NCBI GenBank assembly: GCA_964429225.1
Contig: CAYSAW010000003.1
Span: 169,522 to 233,521 of the forward strand
Origin: an uncultured bacterium
GTDB lineage: Bacteria; Armatimonadota; DTGP01; CAYSAW01
Length of the DNA stretch: 64,000 bases
Direction of reading: 5' to 3'
Shown: in pieces, positions 10,066-18,646 of the stretch
Position numbering within the stretch: the stretch's first letter is position 1
Layout: each line of letters opens with the position of its first letter
Made by a program: the position numbers and the translations under genes
The notes under the pieces: model-generated
The model's input: only the letters and a program-made list of their open reading frames with translations
Database searches by the model: none
Told to the model about the DNA's origin: nothing

Positions 10066-11427
10066 ATGGAGAAGAAGGATCAGGAACTTTCAGAAACCCA
10101 ACAACAAGGACTGACTCGCCGAGAATTTCTGGGCAAAACCGCAACTTCTGCTTTGGCCTTAACTCTTGGAGCCGAGGCTTTTATTACTAATAGTCAGGTC
10201 TTTGGCGCAAATGAACGAGTCAATATGGGAGTCATCGGTGTAGGAGGGATGGGCAGTGGCCACCTGGGCCGATTAGTAGATTGGTCCAAACAACCGAATC
10301 CCCAAGTAAAAGTGGTCGCGGTCTGCGATGTTTGGAACAAGCGGTTAGAAAATGCTCAACGCCGTGCCCAATGTGAAGGGTATAAGGATTATCGCCGTCT
10401 CCTCGATCGAAAGGATGTCGATGCGGTATTGATCGCCACCCCAGATCATTGGCATGCTAAGATCTCTATTGATGCGATGGAAGCTGGTAAAGATGTCTAC
10501 TGCGAAAAGCCGATGACCCTCTACTGGCATGAGGCAAAGAGAGTGGCTGAAACAGCTCGACGAACTCATCGTGTCTATCAATGTGGCGCTCAATCCTGTA
10601 ATGCGGAACGCTGGCGAGTAGCCCAGCAATTGATCAAGGAGGGAGCCATTGGGCCTAAAGTTTGGGCTCAGAGTGGAGCCTTTCGGAACGACCCTAACGG
10701 TGACTGGAACTGGGGGATTGACCCTTCCGCCAACCCCTCTAACTTGGACTGGGATATGTGGCTCGGATGGCGGTTCGGTTTGGCCCCCAAACGCCCTTGG
10801 GACCCGGAGCGCTATTTCCGTTTCCGCAAATATTGGGATTACTCCGGTGGGTTAGCCACCGACTTGCTCTATCACTCCCTTTCCCATTTGCTCATCGCTC
10901 TAGGACCGGAATTCCCTGTCCGGGTGGTGGCTTCTGGAGGCAACGTGGTCTTCGGTTTGGAAAATGATCATCGGGAGGTCCCAGATAACTTCCATATGAT
11001 TATTGAGTACCCCAGCCACCACACCGTCGTTTTAATGGCAACCCAGGTCAATGACTACGGAGTACCCGACCTCATCCGAGGCCAGCATGCAACAATGCAT
11101 TTTGAAGGCCCTGGCATAGTCCTCCGCTCCCAAGGGCCTTTTATCAAACAGATGACAGAAAAAGCTAATAGTGGGAAGTTCCAAGGGGCCGAAATCATCC
11201 GAGGTCCCGACGGTGGAGTGCGAGAAGTCCGCATTACCGCAGATACGAATGAAGACCAAGGTGCCCATGTGGCTAACTTCTTGGAATGCGTCCGCACCCG
11301 AAAGAAACCCAACCTTGACGCCGACACCGCCTACAAAGTGATGGTACCCATTGCCCTCGGAGTTGCTTCTTATAGAGAAAAGAAAGCCAAACTCTTCGAC
11401 CCTGAAAAAGAGGAAGTGATTCAGTAA
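10066..11427 (+). CDS. Gfo/Idh/MocA-family NAD(P)-dependent oxidoreductase with a twin-arginine (Tat) signal peptide
   Basis: RREFLGKTATSALALTLGAEAF is a Tat motif. MGVIGVGGMGSGH is a Rossmann GxGxxG. AAGGAGG RBS 8 nt before the ATG at 10066. The alternative GTG start at 10048 is less likely. Confidence 0.85.
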   Translation: MEKKDQELSETQQQGLTRREFLGKTATSALALTLGAEAFITNSQVFGANERVNMGVIGVGGMGSGHLGRLVDWSKQPNPQVKVVAVCDVWNKRLENAQRRAQCEGYKDYRRLLDRKDVDAVLIATPDHWHAKISIDAMEAGKDVYCEKPMTLYWHEAKRVAETARRTHRVYQCGAQSCNAERWRVAQQLIKEGAIGPKVWAQSGAFRNDPNGDWNWGIDPSANPSNLDWDMWLGWRFGLAPKRPWDPERYFRFRKYWDYSGGLATDLLYHSLSHLLIALGPEFPVRVVASGGNVVFGLENDHREVPDNFHMIIEYPSHHTVVLMATQVNDYGVPDLIRGQHATMHFEGPGIVLRSQGPFIKQMTEKANSGKFQGAEIIRGPDGGVREVRITADTNEDQGAHVANFLECVRTRKKPNLDADTAYKVMVPIALGVASYREKKAKLFDPEKEEVIQ

Positions 11428-11484
11428 AGTCAAGAAGTAGGTCGGGAGCCTTCTCCCTTCCTAGAAGAAGCACTAAAGATTTTT

Positions 11485-11518
11485 CTGGTGTCTACCAAAT
11501 ATTCAAAGTGGACACCAG
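11485..11518 (+). promoter_or_regulatory. palindrome overlapping the lexA promoter region; candidate LexA operator
   Basis: CTGGTGTC-N18-GACACCAG has perfect 8-bp arms and ends 30 nt before the lexA ATG. Confidence 0.4.
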
Positions 11519-11547
11519 AAATTTTTTTAGGACTACAAGGAGGGGAG

Positions 11548-12162
11548 ATGAGAGAAAAGCTTACGAAGAGGCAGGAACAAGTACTCTCCTTTATCATAGC
11601 ATACCTGCGCAAGGAGGGAGTCCCTCCCACCCTCCAGGAGATTGGCGAGGCTTTGGGTATTCGCAGTTTACGTGGAGTAACGGATCATCTGGAGGCCTTG
11701 GAACGCAAAGGATACATCGAACGACTTTCCGGATCGGCTCGAGGGATTCGCCCAATGGTAGAATGGGATAGATCCTCTATAGTCTCCATCCCTTTAGTCG
11801 GGCATATCACCGCGGGACACCCTATCCTAGCTCAGGAGAACATTGAAGGATATATCCCCTTTCCTCAAGAGCTGGTTTTAGGGTCAGGAATCTATTTCGC
11901 TCTGAAAGTTAAAGGAAACAGTATGGCAGGCGACCATATTGCTGAGGGGGATATAGCGATCATCCGCCAACAACCCTCCATTCAACCTTATGAAATCGCC
12001 GCTGTATTAGTGGGGAATGAGGCTACCCTCAAAAGGGTAGAACAAAAAGGGAAGGAAGTCTATCTTCTCTCCTCGAACCCTCTTTATCCTCCGTTGAAAG
12101 TGCCCGCAGAGGAGGTGAAAATCCTTGGTAAACTGGTCGGTTTACTCCGAAGTTACGCCTAA
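11548..12162 (+). CDS. lexA: LexA repressor
   Basis: The N-terminal winged HTH (TKRQEQVLSFI...PPTLQEIGEALG) is followed by the S24 peptidase fold, with the Ser nucleophile in KVKGNSMAGD and the Lys in ATLKRV. The cleavage-site region is VGHITAGHPI. AGGAGG RBS. Confidence 0.9.
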   Translation: MREKLTKRQEQVLSFIIAYLRKEGVPPTLQEIGEALGIRSLRGVTDHLEALERKGYIERLSGSARGIRPMVEWDRSSIVSIPLVGHITAGHPILAQENIEGYIPFPQELVLGSGIYFALKVKGNSMAGDHIAEGDIAIIRQQPSIQPYEIAAVLVGNEATLKRVEQKGKEVYLLSSNPLYPPLKVPAEEVKILGKLVGLLRSYA

Positions 12163-12657
12163 AAGGACTGGATCCACAACCTTAGAACCTCCCCAGCCGA
12201 GAGAAGCCGTTACCCAGCTCCGCCCAAGAAAAAGGACACGAGGCTTCTGGCAGATTTTAACCTTCCTAAGCAAGCAATCCTCTTCGGCTTTCTGGGCCTG
12301 GGCGATTAAGGGGGGAGCGGATACCCTCACTTATCTCGTTCTACTCTTCGCCTCAGGGGTTGTTGCCCTTCAGGTCATCTTATGGTTCTTAATGCGCTGA
12401 GAGGTAAGCTGAAGAAGCAAATAGGGTTTTAAAAGAACGGCTTACCAGGGGCTTCACCCTCCTTTACCCAACCTAAGGGGATAACTCTCCTCCGCACGGG
12501 ATGGAGTCAAAGAATCTTCCCCCATACAAACAAAAGGAGGCTTCGCGAAGCTCTTCGGTTTAGAGTTTAAAAAAGAGGGCAGATAGATGCTTTTCACTTT
12601 AGGACCTTCACAGCCCTGAACTTGACTCCTCCCTCCCCATCCCTTAAGATGAAAAGA

Positions 12658-12730
12658 GGGTGATGGAGTCCACCCAAGGTTAGTTTCAAACGATAAGAAT
12701 TGCCGATTGCGGCTGATGACTCCTGCACAG
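12658..12730 (+). promoter_or_regulatory. fluoride riboswitch (crcB motif) aptamer
   Basis: GGGUGAUGGAGUCCACCC fits the P1 consensus GGnGAUGGnGUyCnCC. The pseudoknot strands GGAGUC and GACUCC are complementary. A P3 hairpin GCCG-AUUG-CGGC is present. The 3' element CUGAUGACUCCUGC resembles the T. petrophila CUGAUGGCCUCUAC. It lies upstream of crcB. Confidence 0.65.
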
Positions 12731-12764
12731 GTACCGCTTTCGACTGTGCAGGAGTCTTTTTATT
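12718..12764 (+). terminator. intrinsic terminator forming the riboswitch expression platform
   Basis: 13-bp perfect stem GACTCCTGCACAG / CTGTGCAGGAGTC with a 13-nt loop, then TTTTTATT. The 5' stem arm contains the pseudoknot strand GACUCC. Confidence 0.7.
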
Positions 12765-12926
12765 GTAAGCAAGGAAAATTCAGGCGGCCAAAACCCTTTA
12801 AGGACAGACATAGTACAAAGCCTAAGACTCCTCAACTTGGGATAGAACACCCTACTAAGGAGGTAAAAGGGGTTGTTGAGTCCAAGAATTTTTCCCCAAA
12901 AGGAACAGGAGGGGAGAAAGGATAAA

Positions 12927-13337
12927 ATGCTGAAGTGGTTTGCGTTCCCAGAAATCCGACTGTTTTTCAAAATGCTAGCCATAGGATTAGGAGGTTTTGG
13001 AGGCTCGATCGCCCGCTATTTCGTTAGCTTGTGGATCAATTATAAACACCGTACCCACTTCCCCTGGGGTACTCTCATTGTTAATCTTACAGGGGCCTTC
13101 TTATTAGGTTTCATTCTTGCTCTTTTGGAGGAGCGAATGCTCCACCGCAGCTGGTATTATCCCCTCTGCATCGGTTTTGTTGGAGCCTATACCACTTTTT
13201 CTACTTTCGTCTTTGAAACCCTTCACCTGGCGAGCAAAGGTAACCTGTTTTATGCTATGAACAACGCTCTCCTCAGCGTACTCCTGGGAGTCCTCATGGT
13301 ATGGTTAGGCCTAGCAACTGCTAAACTTCTGTTATAA
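12927..13337 (+). CDS. crcB: fluoride ion channel CrcB/Fluc
   Basis: GLGGFGGSIARY, GTLIVNLTGAFLLG and GFVGAYTTFSTF are CrcB signatures. GGAGGGGAG RBS. Preceded by a fluoride riboswitch. Confidence 0.85.
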   Translation: MLKWFAFPEIRLFFKMLAIGLGGFGGSIARYFVSLWINYKHRTHFPWGTLIVNLTGAFLLGFILALLEERMLHRSWYYPLCIGFVGAYTTFSTFVFETLHLASKGNLFYAMNNALLSVLLGVLMVWLGLATAKLLL

Positions 13338-13379
13338 AATGGATTGGAAGCCCCTTCTTCAAAGAGGCAATCAAATAAA

Positions 13380-14567
13380 ATGGAAAACGTTCCCAAAATG
13401 GGTTTAACCTTAAGTAGACAGTCAGCGGTCAAGTTTGTAGTCCTTCTCGGCGTGGTTAGTCTCTTGGCCGATATGACCTATGAAGGCGCTCGCAGCATCA
13501 CCGGTCCTTACCTCGCCTTTCTCGGAGCTTCAGCCACCGTTGTGGGTATTGTCTCCGGGTTAGGTGAGTTCATCGGATATGGAGTCCGGCTCATCTCAGG
13601 TTATCTTAGCGATCGGACTGAACGGTATTGGTTCTTAACCCTCCTGGGTTATAGTCTCAACCTTCTAGCCGTTCCTTTATTGGCCTTCGCTGGATACTGG
13701 GGATTAGCCGCCCTTCTGATTGTTGCAGAACGATTAGGGAAAGCCATTCGCACGCCTCCTCGGGATGCTATGCTCTCTCACGCTACTCAGCAGGTAGGGC
13801 ACGGTTGGGGCTTTGGCCTCCACGAGGCGATGGATCAAATCGGTGCTCTGGCTGGTCCGCTCACTGTCGCTCTCGTGCTTCTCCTCAGTGGAAACTATCG
13901 CCACGCCTTTGCTTTCCTCCTCTTGCCAGCGCTCCTTGCTTTAACTCTTATATTCATCGCCCGTTTTCTTTATCCTCATCCCCAACAGTTAGAAGTAAAA
14001 AAGGCGGAGTTTCAGACGAAAGGTTTCCCCCGAGCTTTCTGGATCTATCTTACTGCAGTAGCCTTGATTGCTGCAGGCTATGCGGATTTTCCTCTAATGG
14101 CCTATCACTTTGAGAAAACGACCTTGGTATCTAAGAACTGGATTCCTCTCTTCTATGGAATAGCTATGGGAGCAGACGCCCTTTCAGCCCTCCTCTTCGG
14201 TCGTTTATTCGATCGCTTCGGCCTTTCGGTCCTCATCGCCAGCACCTTGCTCTCCGCCTTTTTCCCTCCTCTTGCCTTTCTAGGAGGTAAACTCCTCGCT
14301 TTAATGGGAGTGATTCTGTGGGGAATAGGAATGGGAGCACAGGAGTCAATTATGCGAGCGGCAATCGCTCAGATGATCCCTCCCGAACGTCGAGGATCAG
14401 GATATGGTCTCTTCAACACCGGCTATGGCCTCTTCTGGTTTATAGGCAGCGCCCTTATGGGAATCCTCTACGACACCTCCCTGCCAATGCTGGTCCTCTT
14501 CTCTATGATGATGCAAGGGTTATCCCTCCCCTTCTTCTTCATCCTTCACCGAGAGCAAAGGAGGTGA
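13380..14567 (+). CDS. MFS transporter
   Basis: About 12 predicted TM helices. MFS-like GxLSDRxxRY motif (GYLSDRTERYW). Weak RBS; the start could be 13344, 13380 or 13398. Confidence 0.75.
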   Translation: MENVPKMGLTLSRQSAVKFVVLLGVVSLLADMTYEGARSITGPYLAFLGASATVVGIVSGLGEFIGYGVRLISGYLSDRTERYWFLTLLGYSLNLLAVPLLAFAGYWGLAALLIVAERLGKAIRTPPRDAMLSHATQQVGHGWGFGLHEAMDQIGALAGPLTVALVLLLSGNYRHAFAFLLLPALLALTLIFIARFLYPHPQQLEVKKAEFQTKGFPRAFWIYLTAVALIAAGYADFPLMAYHFEKTTLVSKNWIPLFYGIAMGADALSALLFGRLFDRFGLSVLIASTLLSAFFPPLAFLGGKLLALMGVILWGIGMGAQESIMRAAIAQMIPPERRGSGYGLFNTGYGLFWFIGSALMGILYDTSLPMLVLFSMMMQGLSLPFFFILHREQRR

Positions 14568-16175
14568 AGAAGCAGAAGGGTAACCCCATCCTCCTCCACC
14601 AGGACTACAGACCTTGAGCACTGCTCCAGCAGGCACCGAACGGGAAACTTTCCCTGGAAGTTCCTCCTCACGGCCCTCTAAGGAGAGGATGTTTCTCCCT
14701 GGGGCCCCGGGTGCTCCTCCCTGTAAACCATAAGGTCCCTGCTTTCTCCGGTCAGTAATTAAGGTAACGGTTGCTGGAGCAAGGAGTTCAATCTCCCGGC
14801 AGATTCCATCTCCTCCTCGGTGCAGCCCCTTGCCACCACTCCCCTCTCGAATCTCATAGCGCAGAACACGAAGGGGGTAATGAGTTTCCAGAGCTTCAAT
14901 CGGGGTATTGCGAGTGTTTGTCATATGGCACTGGATCGCCGAAGTACCATCCGCCCCAGGCCCTGCTCCGGCCCCCCCTCCCATCGTCTCGTAATAGACA
15001 AAAGGCCGGTGGCGGAAAGGATCCCACCCTCCTAGCATAAGATTATTCATCGTCCCACAGGAAGCCGAAGGGATACGGTCAGGAAGAGCCTGAGCTAAAG
15101 CACCGAAAAGGACATCCACTAACCGCTGAGAGGTCTCCACATTCCCCGCCGAAACCGCCGAGGGAAAACAAGGATTAACAATGCTCCCTTTCGGAGCAAG
15201 GACTCGAACAGGCTTGAGGCACCCATGGTTCATCGGAATGTCTTCTTCCAACAAACATCGGACCACGTAATAACAAGCTGAGAGTGTAACCGCTAGGGGA
15301 GCATTCACTGAACCTTTCCTTTGAGGAGAGGAACCCGTAAAATCGAACTCCAGGGAGGGAAGACCCTCAGGATCAGCTGGGATCCGCAGGGTAACTTTCA
15401 AGCGCACCGGATCATCGCTCACACCATCGTCGTCGAGGTAGTCTTCAAAGGAATAAGTACCAGAAGGCAACTGAGCTAATTGGCTCCGCAAAGACCTCTC
15501 CGCATATTGGATACACTCTTCAATACGTTGCTGAACAATCTCCGGCCCATAAGCTTGGAGGATTCGGAGGAAGGCTTTTTCTCCCACCCGATTGGCAGAT
15601 ATTTGGGCCTGAAGGTCTCCAAGACGTTCCTCCGGGGTACGAACATTTCGGCAGAGGAGGCTCAGGAGATCCTTTTGCAAGCGTCCCCGTCGTAGAAGCT
15701 TAACGGGGGGGATGATCAATCCTTCCTGAAAAATCTCAGTACCCACGAAGAGAGAACCGGGCACCATTCCCCCAATATCGGCGTGGTGGGCACGGTTGGC
15801 AACGAAGGCAAAGGGAGTTTGGGAGTTGCCCCAAAAGATGGGGGCAATCAGAGTAAGGTCTGGCAGGTGGGTACCACTGTAGTAGGGATCATTAGTTAAA
15901 ACCATATCTCCGGGTTGCCATTTTAAAGAGAGGCCTCGTCCTCCTATCTCCTCACGAATTAAGGTGGTCATCAGAAGAGGCATAGCCCCAAGATGGACGG
16001 GGATATGGGCTGCTTGGGAGATAAGCCGTCCCTGGCTATCGAAAAGGGCGCAGGAGTAGTCTCGTCGTTCCTTGATATTGGGGGAATAAGCGGTCCGTTC
16101 TAAGGCCACCCCCATCTCCTCGGCAACACTGGCAAAAAGGTCCGCAAAGAGAGAAATCTCGACCGCAGAAGCCAT
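14520..16175 (-). CDS. hydantoinase B / 5-oxoprolinase B-subunit family protein (HyuB-like)
   Basis: AVEISLFADLFASVAEEMGVALERTAYSPNIKERRDYSCALFDSQGRLISQAAHIPVHLGAM matches the HyuB N-terminus. The ATG at 16175 has a GGAGA RBS. The ORF extends to 16283 with no RBS. The 3' end overlaps the convergent MFS gene by 48 nt. Confidence 0.85.
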   Translation of the reverse strand: MASAVEISLFADLFASVAEEMGVALERTAYSPNIKERRDYSCALFDSQGRLISQAAHIPVHLGAMPLLMTTLIREEIGGRGLSLKWQPGDMVLTNDPYYSGTHLPDLTLIAPIFWGNSQTPFAFVANRAHHADIGGMVPGSLFVGTEIFQEGLIIPPVKLLRRGRLQKDLLSLLCRNVRTPEERLGDLQAQISANRVGEKAFLRILQAYGPEIVQQRIEECIQYAERSLRSQLAQLPSGTYSFEDYLDDDGVSDDPVRLKVTLRIPADPEGLPSLEFDFTGSSPQRKGSVNAPLAVTLSACYYVVRCLLEEDIPMNHGCLKPVRVLAPKGSIVNPCFPSAVSAGNVETSQRLVDVLFGALAQALPDRIPSASCGTMNNLMLGGWDPFRHRPFVYYETMGGGAGAGPGADGTSAIQCHMTNTRNTPIEALETHYPLRVLRYEIREGSGGKGLHRGGDGICREIELLAPATVTLITDRRKQGPYGLQGGAPGAPGRNILSLEGREEELPGKVSRSVPAGAVLKVCSPGGGGWGYPSASSPPLLSVKDEEEGEG

Positions 16176-16360
16176 AGTTTTCTCCGGTTTCCATCGCGGT
16201 TTTAGAGGATAAACCCAGAAATCTGTACCCTCAAACCGCTTCCACCCTTTTAGGGTAATCCCATCCGGTTTCTGGGAGGCCAAGGAAGAAGCCTTTTAAC
16301 ACCCAATACCCTCAGGAAAGCCCATTAATGGATCACTGGGTAGCTTATCCTTAACACTCC

Positions 16361-17629
16361 CTATCCTGAATACAAATCCATTACCAGCTCAGCAAAAAGG
16401 CTGTTGGCCCAAGCAAACCAAGGGCGAGTAAACCGCTGAGGATCGTTGGGGTCAAAGGCTTCATGCATCAATTCCGTATCCGCATCCGTGTCCCTCAGCA
16501 TCACCAAACAATCTTCTGTCTCTGCTTTATCCTGGGCGGTCAATCCCTGCATAATAATAGCGATGGGCCATACACTCCCCTCAAAAGTATGCGGACTTCC
16601 CACTCCTCGAGCGTATTTCCCTTCAAAATAATAAGGATTGGCCTTGGAAAGCACAAAACGACGCGTGTTTTGATAAAGAGAGTCCTCCTTGCTGGTATAA
16701 CCCAGATAGGGGATAGAAAGGAGGCTCGGAACATTGGCGTCATCCATCAAGTTGACATTTCCTTGTCCATCCACTTCATAAGCGTAAATCTCTCCGAACT
16801 CCGGATGTTCCACAATACCATAAGAGTGAATCCCTCGGTCAATCTCAAACTGAAGGTTTTGACACTCTGCAACCAACACTGGATCCCGATAAACAACGTG
16901 GAGAATCTCCTGCAAATAGTTGAGAACCACCACCGCAAACATCTCTGAAGGAATCAAATATCCATAAAGACAAGCATCATCGCTAGGCCGAAAACCACTC
17001 CAGGTCATCCCTGTAGGGATAACAGGATTTCCCCTTCCTTCGTTAGGAAGGGTATCCGAGGGAGGAGCGTTTCGGCGTACAAACCGATAGGAAGAACGCT
17101 GATGGTCTTGCTCAACCCGCCACACCTGCAGAATTTTGGTCACTGCACTAAGCCATTGCTGGTCAAAAACCGAAGTATCCCCTGTCGCTTTCCAATACCG
17201 GTAGGCAAGACGGAGGGGATAGCAGAGGGAATCCACCTCATATTTCCGTTCCCAAATCCAAGGGTTCATCTCCGTCTCATCCGATTGATGTCCCTGGCTA
17301 TTCGGTTCCGGATTAAAAGCGTTAGCATAAGGATCGAGATTGATATAAAAGGCTTGCCGTCGAATAAGGCCTCGAATAACCCTCTGCAACAGGGGGTCCT
17401 CTTTACAATAGGGGATATAGGGATTTACCTGAGCACTGGAATCCCTTAACCACATCGCTGGGATGTCACCCGTAATGATAAAAGTCTCCTCATCAGTGAG
17501 GACCACTGTGGTTTCCAGCGTATTGAGGAGGCAACGACGAAACATCCGGGCAATCTTAGGATCGGGTATGCGTATCTGTTCAATCAGATCCTCCAAAACG
17601 GGGGAATGTAAGGGTTGAGGTGAGTTCAT
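16361..17629 (-). CDS. glycoside hydrolase family 125 (metal-independent exo-alpha-1,6-mannosidase) protein
   Basis: ETFIITGDIPAMWLRDSSAQVNPYIPY is the GH125 (formerly DUF1237) hallmark. AGGAG RBS. Confidence 0.8.
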   Translation of the reverse strand: MNSPQPLHSPVLEDLIEQIRIPDPKIARMFRRCLLNTLETTVVLTDEETFIITGDIPAMWLRDSSAQVNPYIPYCKEDPLLQRVIRGLIRRQAFYINLDPYANAFNPEPNSQGHQSDETEMNPWIWERKYEVDSLCYPLRLAYRYWKATGDTSVFDQQWLSAVTKILQVWRVEQDHQRSSYRFVRRNAPPSDTLPNEGRGNPVIPTGMTWSGFRPSDDACLYGYLIPSEMFAVVVLNYLQEILHVVYRDPVLVAECQNLQFEIDRGIHSYGIVEHPEFGEIYAYEVDGQGNVNLMDDANVPSLLSIPYLGYTSKEDSLYQNTRRFVLSKANPYYFEGKYARGVGSPHTFEGSVWPIAIIMQGLTAQDKAETEDCLVMLRDTDADTELMHEAFDPNDPQRFTRPWFAWANSLFAELVMDLYSG

Positions 17630-17752
17630 CCCGGACTCCTTTCACTTTTTATCTTCTTCCGAGGTTCCCCCTCTCCTTGTCTCCTCCTCACCTTTTTAGA
17701 GGAAGGATGGCTCATCAGAAACCCTCTCTCCCCAACCAAAGGAGGAAGTAAA

Positions 17753-17784
17753 GGGAGTAGCCGTAGGCTTTAGCCTGCGTTAAG
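17753..17784 (+). repeat. dispersed ~28-nt intergenic repeat, copy a (GGGAGTAGCCGTAGGCTTTAGCCTGCGTTAAG)
   Basis: Consensus GGTAGYCGYARGCTTYAGCCTGYRT with an internal CAGGCT/AGCCTG palindrome. 160 nt upstream of the PaoA-like gene. Confidence 0.7.
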
Positions 17785-17944
17785 TTTCGCCCCCCATCCT
17801 AACCCCCTTTATAAGGAGAAAATAGAGGAGAAATGAAAACATATATCTAAAAAAATAAAGGGGGTAGTGCGGTGGCATAGCAGTACAGTGAAGAGGTGAT
17901 TCACGGAAGGGATCAATCCTGATTTAGAGGAGGTATAAGGAGGA

Positions 17945-18646
17945 ATGAGCAAACTGATTGATAAACAAACCCTCTTAGAAGCAGAGGAAATTTCAGGGGA
18001 ATCCCTTGAAGATAACTCGGAAGAAGCCACCGAAACCGCTTTAGAAGCTCGAGTCTCTCGCCGAGGTTTCCTTAAGGGCCTTGGTGGAGGACTAGTAGGG
18101 ACCGCCCTTTTGACCTCCTCCTGTTCTGCAGAGGGACAAGCGGGACGAGCGGTTCGCCTAGGGCCCGGTAAGGTGCCCCTTCGCCTCCAAATCAACGGAA
18201 AGGTTTACCAAACTCAGGTTGAACCCCGGACCACGTTGCTGGATACTCTCCGGGACCACCTAGATATTACCGGCCCTAAGAAGGTGTGCGATCGAGGGGA
18301 ATGTGGAGCTTGCACCGTTCTCTTGAATGGCAAGCCCGTTTACTCCTGTATGATCTTAGCGGTGGACGCCCAAGGGAAGAAAATCACCACCGTGGAAGGC
18401 ATTAGCCAAGGGAATCAGTTACATCCCTTCCAAGAGGAGATGGTGAAACACGATGGCTTAATGTGTGGATTCTGCACCCCAGGCTTTATCGTCAGCATTA
18501 CTGCCCTCTTGGAGAAGAAACCGAACCCCTCTCTAGAAGAGATCAAACGCGCCTGTGCAGGAAATATCTGCCGATGTGGAGCCTACCCCCGCATCTTCTC
18601 GGCAGCTTTGGAGGCGGCAAAACGGCTGAAAGGAGGTGTGGGATAA
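17945..18646 (+). CDS. (2Fe-2S)-binding small subunit of a xanthine-dehydrogenase-family molybdoenzyme, PaoA-like, with a Tat signal
   Basis: RRGFLKGLGGGLVGTALL is a Tat motif. CDRGECGACTV...C is the plant-type 2Fe-2S site and CGFCTPGF...CRCGAY the second 2Fe-2S site. Strong RBS. Confidence 0.85.
   Translation: MSKLIDKQTLLEAEEISGESLEDNSEEATETALEARVSRRGFLKGLGGGLVGTALLTSSCSAEGQAGRAVRLGPGKVPLRLQINGKVYQTQVEPRTTLLDTLRDHLDITGPKKVCDRGECGACTVLLNGKPVYSCMILAVDAQGKKITTVEGISQGNQLHPFQEEMVKHDGLMCGFCTPGFIVSITALLEKKPNPSLEEIKRACAGNICRCGAYPRIFSAALEAAKRLKGGVG

Noticed and set aside
12125-12400. 91-aa ORF overlapping the lexA 3' end with a hydrophobic C-terminus
   Set aside because: Its only ATG lies inside lexA in another frame. 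There is no RBS and no internal start near the hydrophobic segment. It is probably non-coding.
12686-12982. 98-aa minus-strand ORF upstream of crcB
   Set aside because: The region is better explained by the fluoride riboswitch and its terminator on the plus strand.
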